Shown: piece by piece, positions 51,263 to 60,519 of the stretch | Numbering within the stretch: position 1 is the stretch's first letter | Layout of the letters: each line of letters starts with the position of its first letter | Assembly (NCBI GenBank): GCA_965205015.1 | Contig: OZ242029.1 | Coordinates: 4,672,001 to 4,736,000 of the forward strand | Reading direction: 5' to 3' | Length of the DNA stretch: 64,000 bases | Source of the DNA: Candidatus Poribacteria bacterium | GTDB lineage: Bacteria > Poribacteria > WGA-4E > WGA-3G | Translations under genes and position numbers: made by a program | The notes under the pieces: model-generated | Told to the model about the DNA's origin: nothing | Databases searched by the model: none | Seen by the model: only the letters and a program-made list of their open reading frames with translations

Positions 51263-52581
51263 GGACATCGGCGCGAGTCTTATTATTATTCCTAAGCCTG
51301 CCGCTAACCGTGTTGGCGGATTGGAGCGATTTTCTCGGTCCAGCACGAAACGGCAAATCGCAAGAGAAGATAGAGATCGCGCCATGGAGAAACACAGGTC
51401 CGCCGGTCGTCTGGCACAAGAAGATCGGTACCAGCTACGGGGCACCCACCATTGCAGCCGGACGTTTGTTTATCTTCGCGCGTCACGGCGATATGGCGCG
51501 TCTCACCTGTATGGAAAGCGATACCGGTACGGAGCTTTGGCGATTTGAATATCCGACAGACTACGAAGATATGTACGGATACAACAATGGACCGCGGTCC
51601 TCCCCTGTCGCTGATGGAGAACGGGTCTATATCTTCGGGGTTCAGGGAAAGTTGCACTGTCTGAACGTTTCGGACGGAACCCTGTTATGGAAGGTGGATA
51701 CGGCAGCCCGTTACAATGTCGTTCAAAACTTCTTCGGAACGGCTTCAACACCGATTGTTGAAGGGGATCTACTCATCGCGCAAATTGGCGGTTCCCCACC
51801 GGGCACCCCGAAAAATATCTGGGCATCAAACGGTAACCCGCCATCAAACGGCACTGGTATCGTCGGATTCAACAAACACACAGGAGAAGTGGTTTACGAA
51901 ATCAGTGACGAATTAGCGAGTTACGCCAGCCCCATCACGGCAACAATTGATGGACGCCGTTGGGGATTCATGTTCGCTCGCGGTGGACTCGTCGGTTTTG
52001 AACCGACAACCGGCACGCTCGACTTCTACTACCCGTGGCGTTGCCCGAAGATTGAATCCGTTAATGCCTCAAGTCCAGTTGTTGCAGACGATCTCGTCTT
52101 CATCAGTGAATCCTACGAGGTCGGCAGTTCCGTCCTCCGAGTGTATCCCGGCGGCTACAAGGTTGTTTGGAAAGATTCACCACGCCGCCGAGACCAATCC
52201 CTGCGGCTGCACTGGAATACCGCCATCCACCACGAGGGGTATCTCTACGCCTGTAGCAACAGGCACGCCAGCGGTGCGGAACTTCGGTGTGTAGAACTCA
52301 AAACAGGTAAAGTCGTGTGGGGACAACGCGTTGATGAACGTGCATCTTTACTTTGGGTGAATGACTATTTCATCTTTCTCGGTGAATACGGACGGTTGAT
52401 GCTCCTCAAATGCACTCCTGAAAAGATGGAGATCATTTCTGAAGCAGCTCCGAGAGACGAAAACGGAAGACAATTTATAGAATATCCGGCATGGTCGGCA
52501 CCTGCCTTGTCAAATGGACTGTTATACGTTCGAGGCAAAGACAGGTTAGTCTGTTTTGCACTCACCGTCCCAAAAGATTAA
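51259..52581 (+). CDS. Exported PQQ-binding-like beta-propeller repeat protein
   Basis: Signal peptide, DWSDFLGPARNG, GPRSSP, ASYASP and WSAPALSNGLLYVR. Confidence 0.85.
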   Translation: MRTSARVLLLFLSLPLTVLADWSDFLGPARNGKSQEKIEIAPWRNTGPPVVWHKKIGTSYGAPTIAAGRLFIFARHGDMARLTCMESDTGTELWRFEYPTDYEDMYGYNNGPRSSPVADGERVYIFGVQGKLHCLNVSDGTLLWKVDTAARYNVVQNFFGTASTPIVEGDLLIAQIGGSPPGTPKNIWASNGNPPSNGTGIVGFNKHTGEVVYEISDELASYASPITATIDGRRWGFMFARGGLVGFEPTTGTLDFYYPWRCPKIESVNASSPVVADDLVFISESYEVGSSVLRVYPGGYKVVWKDSPRRRDQSLRLHWNTAIHHEGYLYACSNRHASGAELRCVELKTGKVVWGQRVDERASLLWVNDYFIFLGEYGRLMLLKCTPEKMEIISEAAPRDENGRQFIEYPAWSAPALSNGLLYVRGKDRLVCFALTVPKD

Positions 52582-52597
52582 GAACCTTGTCCTTTTA

Positions 52598-53686
52598 CTA
52601 AGGTTTCCACAATGTTGCCTCAATGAACCGCTCACCGTCGGGTTCCTCATCAAAATAGTAGGCGGTCACTATAGTTCCATCAGGACGTTGAATCGTGCGG
52701 GGATACCCGATATCGTGATCCCCACCGTTATCGCGCAAAACGATCTCTTCACCCCACGTCTCACCCGCATCACTGCTCAGCTTCGCACATATCCGATGCG
52801 GAGCATCCCGGTACCCGTAAATGAGGCAGAGTCGTCCGTCGTGAAGATGGGTTAGCGTTGGTGGGTTTCCACCGCGTCCTGTATTCTCTACAGGTCGGTT
52901 CATGTAATTCCAAGTGTGTCCGTTATCATCTGAGGCGTAGAGGTCAATCCAGTTCTGCCGTTCTTCCCAGTCAGAATTCGTATTACCACTGCCGCCGCGG
53001 CACCGAACCGCCACCAAAATCTTTGAATCCGATAGCCGAACACTCGCCGGCATAATTGCGAACCCTTCTGGCTCCGGTCCGATCTGAGACAGCAATGAAA
53101 AGGATTCACCCCCATCGGTTGTCTGTGCACAGAATATTAAGCCCTCCTCACCATCTGACTTCGATGCGGTAAGGAACAGCAGGCACTCGTCTGGACTTGA
53201 GACCAGATAATCTGTCCGAGCCGCGATACCGGTGTAGTCAAACATCGGAAGCCGAAACGGTCCCTTCCAACGCTGGCATCGGTCGCAAGAGGTGTAAAAC
53301 CACGAGTAGGCTCCCGCTCTCAACCCAGACCTGCTGCACATCATCGCAAAATCAGGATGTGTAAAATCCACACGCGGCGGCGTCTCAAAAGCAGCCTCAA
53401 CTGTCAGCCGATGCCGTTCTTCCACGTGTTCATCCGCAGAGAGTGTGCCTCTTGCGGGTAAACGGCACGGCGTTTCCGAGACGTTCCATGTCTCACCCCC
53501 ATCAAAACTTCGTGCCTGCATTCCCAGAAACGGCTTATCCCGGTCGCGGCGATGGAATCCCGCATCCGATTTGTGATACCCAACCGTAAATCCGACAACG
53601 ATCTCGTTGTCCCATGCCCAAATACCGTAATTCGCCGGCCAACCTGCGTATCGCCCCGGCTCTCGATAGATTGTAACCTGTCGCAT
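52598..53686 (-). CDS. BNR/Asp-box sialidase-like protein
   Basis: Asp boxes SFDGGETW, TTDGGESF, SDDNGHTW and SSDAGETW; DIGYP. Confidence 0.85.
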   Translation of the reverse strand: MRQVTIYREPGRYAGWPANYGIWAWDNEIVVGFTVGYHKSDAGFHRRDRDKPFLGMQARSFDGGETWNVSETPCRLPARGTLSADEHVEERHRLTVEAAFETPPRVDFTHPDFAMMCSRSGLRAGAYSWFYTSCDRCQRWKGPFRLPMFDYTGIAARTDYLVSSPDECLLFLTASKSDGEEGLIFCAQTTDGGESFSLLSQIGPEPEGFAIMPASVRLSDSKILVAVRCRGGSGNTNSDWEERQNWIDLYASDDNGHTWNYMNRPVENTGRGGNPPTLTHLHDGRLCLIYGYRDAPHRICAKLSSDAGETWGEEIVLRDNGGDHDIGYPRTIQRPDGTIVTAYYFDEEPDGERFIEATLWKP

Positions 53687-53789
53687 CGTGCCTCAATTCC
53701 CCCATCTTCCTAATATAGATTTGAAAAATATCTGTCAAAGAATTCATAGACAAGTATAGCACCGATACGTCTTTTTCTGTATGGAAAAT

Positions 53790-53818
53790 TTGACTTTTTT
53801 CCGCACTTCTGCTAAAAT
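53790..53818 (+). promoter_or_regulatory. Sigma70-like promoter
   Basis: TTGACT-17 nt-TAAAAT with an extended TG. Confidence 0.65.
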
Positions 53819-53878
53819 ATTTCCCGAGTGACAAACTGGGAATTTTAAAACAGCGAGCGGCAGTTGAGAGGGAAATCT

Positions 53879-54316
53879 ATGGAAAATCAGGAAGCTCGGT
53901 CTGCCCTATTCACTGTCCGAGATGCTGAAGATGCTTTGGTTCGGTTCACCCTTACCTTGTTCGCAATACTGGTTGGAATTTTTCTGCACGAGATTCTGAT
54001 AGAGAGTCAAGCGTGGAACGATGCAGTGTATAAGATGTTAAGGAGTAAACCGCATGTGTTGGCATGGGCAACAGGTTTAACGATATCCTTGGAGGGAGGT
54101 GTTATTATGTTTTCACGTCTTCAAGATTATAGAGATAGGCGGAAAAGACGGTTCGATGCGGCGAAAGCCGAAGGCAAAGCTGAAGGCAAAGCCGAGATTT
54201 ACCAAGAAATAGCCGAATGGAACAATCGCCGCCTTGCCGCAGAGGCACGGAATGAACCCTTCACTGAACCGTTCCCGTCTCCCCCAGAACCCCCAACAAA
54301 CGCCCAGATGGATTAG
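53879..54316 (+). CDS. Small 2-TM membrane protein with an (AEGK)n tail and an internal in-frame start at 54107
   Basis: Two hydrophobic segments, then KAEGKAEGKAE; GGAGGGAGGT at 54091-54100 precedes in-frame ATG 54107. Confidence 0.7.
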   Translation: MENQEARSALFTVRDAEDALVRFTLTLFAILVGIFLHEILIESQAWNDAVYKMLRSKPHVLAWATGLTISLEGGVIMFSRLQDYRDRRKRRFDAAKAEGKAEGKAEIYQEIAEWNNRRLAAEARNEPFTEPFPSPPEPPTNAQMD

Positions 54317-54325
54317 GGATGTCCA

Positions 54326-55492
54326 ATGCGAAACTATTTGACAATTGTAATTATTCTCTATCTCTGTTCGTCATTGTCTGGAATCGCTGACGAGACCCCT
54401 GGGGACCACAGCACCTACGTCCAACACGTAGAACAAGCCTTCATCCTCATGTTTCAAGGCGATAATCTCCGAGCTATCTCCGAGTTTGAAGCGGCGCTCG
54501 CCATTGAACCCAATCATCCTGAAGTGCTGCACTACCTTGGCATGGCACATGCCCAAGAGGAATTCTGGAACAAAGCCGCCGAAAGTTGTCAAGGCTCCTT
54601 AGCACTGATGCCCGACAACATCGAAGCCCTCTACTCACTCGGTGTTGCCTACTTCAGACTTGATCGATGGGAAGACGCAGGGTCAACACTCCAACGGGTT
54701 ATAGAACTTTCACCGCAACACGCGCGCGGGTATGAAATGCTTGGTAAATCACTCGTAAAACTCCGTCGGTACGCCGAAGCCGTTCCGATCTTGAGGAAGG
54801 CACTTACACTGACACCACACGCCGCAGGTCTCTATTATGAACTCGGCACAGCACACCTCAATCTAAAAGCATACCCTGAAGCGATAGAGAATTTCAAACT
54901 GGCGATAACGCACGGTCCAACGGGTTATGCTGAGCCACACCACGGGCTCGGCACGGCGTATTTTCGATCAGGCGATCGGGAGAAAAGCAGAGCAGAAATG
55001 CAAATCTATCAGCACCTACAAAAGGAATTCGCTGAATACGAACGTCTCACCCGTCTCACGCGAGCGGAGCCGAATAACCTTGAGGCATGGACGGAATTAG
55101 CCACACTCCTCATGAATCAAAAAAACTTTGCCAAGGCAATCTCCGTCTTTCAGAAATGCATTGAACTTGCCCCCAATAACGCCAACTTTTACCATGGACT
55201 GAGCCGTGCCTTCATGAGTCTCAACTATCCGAAGCACGCCGCGGAAGCCGCCAGAAAAGCCGTGCAACTCATGCCGAACCAAGCGATACTCTACAACACC
55301 CTCGGTAGCACCTACGCGATGCAAGGCGAATCGCAAAAGGCACTGCGTGCGTTCCGAAAAGCGATCGAACTCGACGGCGACGAACCCTACTACCACCTCA
55401 ATCTTTCAAGACTCTATCAGGGCATCGGCAACCAAAAACTCGCGCAGGAGCATTATCGCGTCTATGAATATCTTTTGTCCAAACAGAAATAA
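54326..55492 (+). CDS. Exported tetratricopeptide repeat protein
   Basis: Signal peptide and about nine TPR motifs. Confidence 0.9.
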   Translation: MRNYLTIVIILYLCSSLSGIADETPGDHSTYVQHVEQAFILMFQGDNLRAISEFEAALAIEPNHPEVLHYLGMAHAQEEFWNKAAESCQGSLALMPDNIEALYSLGVAYFRLDRWEDAGSTLQRVIELSPQHARGYEMLGKSLVKLRRYAEAVPILRKALTLTPHAAGLYYELGTAHLNLKAYPEAIENFKLAITHGPTGYAEPHHGLGTAYFRSGDREKSRAEMQIYQHLQKEFAEYERLTRLTRAEPNNLEAWTELATLLMNQKNFAKAISVFQKCIELAPNNANFYHGLSRAFMSLNYPKHAAEAARKAVQLMPNQAILYNTLGSTYAMQGESQKALRAFRKAIELDGDEPYYHLNLSRLYQGIGNQKLAQEHYRVYEYLLSKQK

Positions 55493-56324
55493 CCATTTCC
55501 GCATCGTTGCAGAAGGTCTGTTTCTCGTGCTCCTCAGCGTTGGTCTGAATTTCGGGGCATCCGCACAAGACACCGAGCATCTCATATTGATCTCTGCAGG
55601 CACCTTTACAATGGGAAGCGACACTCGCGCCGCCGATGAAAAACCGATGCACAAAGTCTATCTCGATGCCTATTACATCAGCAAATATGAGGTAACGAAT
55701 GCCGAGTACTATGAATTTTGGAAACAGCAATTAGAGACGGCGTCTCCAGGCAAAACACCCCGACACACCCCAGAAAACTTCACACATCTCCCGCAGATCG
55801 GCGATTGGCCTGCACGGGCGAAACAGTTCCCGAATCATCCGGTCGTCGGTGTGTCGTGGCACGATGCCACTGCTTACGCAGCGTGGAAAGGCATGCGACT
55901 TCCGACAGAGGCGGAATGGGAGAAAGCGGCGCGTGGCTACACCAACAGAACATGGCCCTGGGGCAATGCACTCGAACCCTACGCGAACACCGCTGCGAAC
56001 GATGATGGTTATGAGAACCGCCTCGCGCCTGTCGGCAGTTTCCCGAAAGGCAAAAGCTACTACGGCGCAATGGATATGGCGGGCAACGTCTGGGAATGGA
56101 CAGCGGATTGGTACAGCGATGTCTACTATTGGTACACTTCACAAGCCGCTACAAAACGTCCGAAGCAAAATCCAACGGGACCGGCGGTGGGTAGTTGGCG
56201 GGTCATCCGTGGGGGTTCATGGATGGATACCATCGCCCGATGCAGCACGACCTTTCGGTTTTATCTCTATCCGAATCTAAAAACCTCTTTTGTCGGTTTC
56301 CGATTGGCAAAAACCGCTTTTTAA
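55464..56324 (+). CDS. Formylglycine-generating enzyme (SUMF1/EgtB/PvdO) domain protein, probably non-catalytic
   Basis: FTMGS, EVTNAEY, RLPTEAEWEKAARG, DMAGNVWEW, RGGSW and GFR motifs; lacks the FGE CxxxxC pair. Confidence 0.88.
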   Translation: MNIFCPNRNNHFRIVAEGLFLVLLSVGLNFGASAQDTEHLILISAGTFTMGSDTRAADEKPMHKVYLDAYYISKYEVTNAEYYEFWKQQLETASPGKTPRHTPENFTHLPQIGDWPARAKQFPNHPVVGVSWHDATAYAAWKGMRLPTEAEWEKAARGYTNRTWPWGNALEPYANTAANDDGYENRLAPVGSFPKGKSYYGAMDMAGNVWEWTADWYSDVYYWYTSQAATKRPKQNPTGPAVGSWRVIRGGSWMDTIARCSTTFRFYLYPNLKTSFVGFRLAKTAF

Positions 56325-56454
56325 TTTTACCTTGCGGCGGAACGACGCGGTTTGGAACTTTGACGGGCTTTTCTCTGGCGTCGCCTGCGTGTTTTTGCTT
56401 GGGTGTTTCTGCGTATTGTTGCAGGCTGCTGACTGCTGATTACTGACGAATGCA

Positions 56455-58131
56455 ATGCCAAAATCTACTATAATGTCCCTCTCACAGCCCCATCGCCATT
56501 TAAAATCGTTATTACACGTCCTCCTATTCCTTCTGCTAACCGCAGGCAACACTGCTTCACAATCCCCTATTTTCACGGATGTCACCGAAGAAGCAGGCAT
56601 CCACTTCAAACATAACAAGGGGACAACCGAACACAAGCATATCATTGAGACAATGGGTTCCGGGACAGTCTTCTTCGATTACGACACCGATGGTGATCCC
56701 GATCTGTATTTCGTTAACAGTGGGAGCGTTCCTCAAGAGACCCCACAAACGCTTGGGAATGTCCTATATCGAAACGAAGGCGATGGACGTTTCACGGATG
56801 TCACCGAAATCTCAGGAATAGGGGACACAGGATACGGAATGGCGGCATCTGCGGGGGATATCGACAATGACGGCGATCCCGACCTCTATGTCGCCAACTT
56901 CGGGCAAGATAAACTCTACCGAAACAACGGCGACGGCACCTTTACCGACATCACCGAAGTCGCCGGTATTGATAATACGCTCTGGAGTATCGCCGCTGTT
57001 TACTTCGATTTCGACGTGGATGGCGACCTGGACATCTTCGTCGTCAACTATCTGGTGTACGAATTGTCAATGCCGATATCCACCTACAAAGGCATTGTCG
57101 GTTACGGGCACCCGCGTAGCTACAAAGGCACACCCGATGTGCTCTACCGAAACAATGGGGACGGCACCTTCACAAACATTGCCGAGAAGGCAGGCGTGAC
57201 AAATCCGGTCGAAGGACGAGGTATGGCAGCGGTTGCTTGGGACTACGACCAAGACGGATTTCCGGATATCTACGTCGCCAACGACACCAACAGAAATTTT
57301 CTATACCATAACAACGGCGACGGCACCTTCACGGATGAAAGCATCTTCATCGGTGTCGGTTACGATGACAGAGGTGTCGCTGAAGGGTCTATGGGGATAG
57401 ATTGTGCAGACTACAACGGTGATGGATGGTTCGATCTGATCGTCGCGAATTCCGAGAAGGCGACCCTCTATAAGAACGAGGAGGGACTCTTCTTCACAGA
57501 TACCACCGCAGACAGTGGATTGGAACAACCGACACTCCCGTTTGTTGGCTTCAGTCCGCTCTTTCTGGATTACGATCACGACGGACACCTCGACATGTTC
57601 TGTGCAAACGGACACCCACAAGACATAATTGAGATATTAGCGGACAATGAAACCTATGCCCAACGCGACCAGCTCTTTCAAAACAACGGCGACGGCACTT
57701 ATACCGATGTCTCTGCATCCGCCGGCGCTTACTTTTCCGAACCACTTGTTGGTAGAGCCGCCGCGACCGCCGACTACGACAACGACGGGGATCCCGATAT
57801 TGTCATCATGAATTCCAATCAGCGCGCAGTGCTGCTTCGGAACGATGGTGGGAACTTGAAAAATTGGCTGAGCCTTAAACTGGTCGGGACGCACAGCAAT
57901 CGCGACGGGATCGGTGCGAAGGTCACGGTCGCGGCAGGAGACCTGACGCAGATACGGGAAGTGAAGAGCGGTTCAAGCTACGCCTCAGGCAGCGATACAC
58001 GCCTGCTGTTCGGTTTGGGAGAAAATCAAGATGTTGAGAAAGTAAGCATCGTCTGGCAAAGCGGGACCCCACAAGAATTGCGAGATGTCTCCATCAACCA
58101 GATTCTAACAATCGTAGAATCGGAAAGATAG
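56455..58131 (+). CDS. CRTAC1-family FG-GAP repeat / ASPIC-UnbV protein
   Basis: Repeats DxDxDGDxDL, LYRNNGDGTFTD, and C-terminal NRDGIGA...LFGLG. Confidence 0.92.
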   Translation: MPKSTIMSLSQPHRHLKSLLHVLLFLLLTAGNTASQSPIFTDVTEEAGIHFKHNKGTTEHKHIIETMGSGTVFFDYDTDGDPDLYFVNSGSVPQETPQTLGNVLYRNEGDGRFTDVTEISGIGDTGYGMAASAGDIDNDGDPDLYVANFGQDKLYRNNGDGTFTDITEVAGIDNTLWSIAAVYFDFDVDGDLDIFVVNYLVYELSMPISTYKGIVGYGHPRSYKGTPDVLYRNNGDGTFTNIAEKAGVTNPVEGRGMAAVAWDYDQDGFPDIYVANDTNRNFLYHNNGDGTFTDESIFIGVGYDDRGVAEGSMGIDCADYNGDGWFDLIVANSEKATLYKNEEGLFFTDTTADSGLEQPTLPFVGFSPLFLDYDHDGHLDMFCANGHPQDIIEILADNETYAQRDQLFQNNGDGTYTDVSASAGAYFSEPLVGRAAATADYDNDGDPDIVIMNSNQRAVLLRNDGGNLKNWLSLKLVGTHSNRDGIGAKVTVAAGDLTQIREVKSGSSYASGSDTRLLFGLGENQDVEKVSIVWQSGTPQELRDVSINQILTIVESER

Positions 58132-58158
58132 AACAATTTCAAACCCACATTAGACAAC

Positions 58159-58193
58159 AAAAAACCCGCATCCATATTCGGATACGGGTTTTT
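58159..58193. terminator. Bidirectional intrinsic terminator
   Basis: AAAAAACCCGCATCC-atattc-GGATACGGGTTTTT between convergent genes. Confidence 0.8.
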
Positions 58194-58209
58194 CGTTAAG
58201 AATAAAAAA

Positions 58210-58989
58210 TTACTGACGCTTGAGAGCTGCCCACTGCGTCGCCAACTTGCCCTGCGGTTCGACTGACGTCAGCACATCCAAGAAGAGGTTATCCGTCGTG
58301 GGTGCGATCAGCAGGTCTCTATCGTTCCCTGTAAATCGGAGGTTGACGTAATCTGCGCCACCCGATTCACCACATTTGAAGTGCAAGAAGTTCTCGCCTT
58401 TCTGGAATTGAATCTCGGTTGGCGTATGGACTTCGCGAACACCGCCCGTCCACCTGGAATTGTCATAGACTTGTTCGCCGTTAAGCCAAATTTGGGCGTA
58501 ATCATCGTGTGCGGGGTGCATTGTCGTCGTTCGGGTATCCGGTGAAATAACCACGATCAGACCGTGCCATGTAATGTTATCAGGCCCATTTCCAGCTTCT
58601 CCGCCAGCAGGAACACCATGGCTTGTGGTCATGTTAAACTGATCCTCGGTACCGATGTCAACAATCGACCAAGCCAACGCACCGCCATTATCTGGAAGAT
58701 TCACGATGGTCTTCGCGGTGTTTCCAGCACCGTCGCGTGTGGAAACGGATGCGTTTGAAATGAAACCGCCACTGCCTTCAGCGAGATAGTCAATTGTTGC
58801 GGAATTACCAAAACCGCCCGTATTGGTGACGAGATCCAGTCCCCACCATTTTGCAATCCAAGCTCCTTCCCAAACGACGGCGTCCCCTATTCTAACTTGT
58901 TTTGCCGCTGGTTGCCAATTCTGCGCGAATGCCATCGGCGAAATCATGACAACGCAAACAAGTGTGATAAAGATTGTGATTTTTTTCAT
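58210..58989 (-). CDS. Exported hypothetical beta-rich protein with a C-terminal tail
   Basis: Signal peptide MKKITIF...AFA, HDDYAQIWLNG (beta-sandwich-like), tail SVEPQGKLATQWAALK. Confidence 0.75.
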   Translation of the reverse strand: MKKITIFITLVCVVMISPMAFAQNWQPAAKQVRIGDAVVWEGAWIAKWWGLDLVTNTGGFGNSATIDYLAEGSGGFISNASVSTRDGAGNTAKTIVNLPDNGGALAWSIVDIGTEDQFNMTTSHGVPAGGEAGNGPDNITWHGLIVVISPDTRTTTMHPAHDDYAQIWLNGEQVYDNSRWTGGVREVHTPTEIQFQKGENFLHFKCGESGGADYVNLRFTGNDRDLLIAPTTDNLFLDVLTSVEPQGKLATQWAALKRQ

Positions 58990-59241
58990 AGCTATGAAAT
59001 CTCCTTCTTCAATATACACAAGGTTCAGAGCTCTTGGGCAAGAAGCGCGCTTCCCAAAACCTCATCACCTCATTCAGATTTTACTATTGGTGATAGCAGT
59101 ACTGCGTGCAAATCATGCTTTTTAAGGCTGACGTTCCACCGGTAAACCGATGTCGGTTTTTGCCAGCAGTGCGATTCTTCTTTTGATCTCCCGCGAGGTA
59201 GTATACGTCACCCCGAGAAGTTGAAAGAATACACAAAGTTA

Positions 59242-59271
59242 ATTATAGCACTTTTCAAATATGAATTGCAA
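59242..59271 (-). promoter_or_regulatory. Sigma70-like promoter (about 245-nt leader)
   Basis: Minus strand TTGCAA-18 nt-TATAAT with an extended TG. Confidence 0.55.
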
Positions 59272-59451
59272 GAAAAAAAGTGCAAAACAATCAAATTTCT
59301 ATAATTTTAGCAAAATGCATCAATTTTGTCAACTTTAATTTGATTGACTCCGTTTTACATGATATAATAACCTGAATTCCGGAAGGCACCGATTATCCCT
59401 CTCCTTACATATACTTATGAAAACGCATTTTGATTCTTTGAGTTACGTCTT

Positions 59452-60480
59452 ATGAAAACGACAGGATTGTTAGTTTTTGCCATGTCTGTTCTTTTCCTGC
59501 TGAATGCAAGCATTCCACCGCTTTTCGCGGAAGCACCGACAACACCTAAAATCTTGTTCACTTCCGCACGCGATGGCAATCGTGAAGTCTACATCATGAA
59601 TCCGGATGGCAGCGAACAGGTAAATCTAACAAAACATCCCGCAGGTGATCTGCAAGCCGTCTGGTCCCCGACGGGTGAAAAGATTCTTTTCGTCTCCGAT
59701 CGCGGCGGGGAGCGAGATCTGTATCTGATGAACCCGGATGGATCCAACGTCCGACGCGTCTTTAAAAGAAAAATAGAAGCATGGAGAACAGCCCCGACGT
59801 GGTCCCCCGATGGTAAACAGATCGCTTACGACCAATGGGACAGGAGTGGCGGCGGCACAAGCGGTATGTACATGTTGACCTTAAGCGAACAAGACCCTGA
59901 ATTCATCGGGAAGTTTTCTTCGCCGGCATGGTCGCCGGATGGAACAGAAATTGCCTGCAGTGCAGCGAACCCGGCAATCCGTTGGATTCTATTAATGAAC
60001 GCCCGGACACGAAAGCATGAACGTCTCTTACCCAAGAAGGCACTCCCTTGGCAAGGAGATCCGTCTTGGTCGGCGACCGGCGATAAAATCGCCTTTGTTG
60101 GGAACAAGGATCCGATACCCGTCCTCTTGGATAGGGACCTACACAACGCATGGGCGGCTAAAGACACCATCTTCATCGTCAATCGCGACGGCACAGGGCT
60201 CAAACAACTGGTGCCTGAAGCCGGTCAGGCGGCACGGTCTCCGGCGGTATCGCCAAATGGAGAGGAAGTCCTTTATACACAGCAAATTAATGGACGCAGA
60301 GGTCGGTTTCAAGTCTTCAAAGTCAACGTGAATAGTGGCATTCGGACCCAATTGACGCATATTGGCAACATTCTTCAAGCAAATATTGGAGGAGATTGGT
60401 TTGACCCAGCGTATACGTTACCGGTTTCTCCACACCCCCAACTGCTAACTACGACTTGGGGAGCGGTCAAAAAGGAGTAG
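59452..60480 (+). CDS. TolB-like PD40/WD40 beta-propeller protein, copy 1
   Basis: Repeats P.WSPDG..IAF and S.RDGN.E.Y.MN.DGS; tail VSPHPQLLTTTWGAVK. Confidence 0.88.
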   Translation: MKTTGLLVFAMSVLFLLNASIPPLFAEAPTTPKILFTSARDGNREVYIMNPDGSEQVNLTKHPAGDLQAVWSPTGEKILFVSDRGGERDLYLMNPDGSNVRRVFKRKIEAWRTAPTWSPDGKQIAYDQWDRSGGGTSGMYMLTLSEQDPEFIGKFSSPAWSPDGTEIACSAANPAIRWILLMNARTRKHERLLPKKALPWQGDPSWSATGDKIAFVGNKDPIPVLLDRDLHNAWAAKDTIFIVNRDGTGLKQLVPEAGQAARSPAVSPNGEEVLYTQQINGRRGRFQVFKVNVNSGIRTQLTHIGNILQANIGGDWFDPAYTLPVSPHPQLLTTTWGAVKKE

Positions 60481-60519
60481 TCGTTTGAAACGGACGCGGT
60501 TGTTTATCAGGAATCTAAT

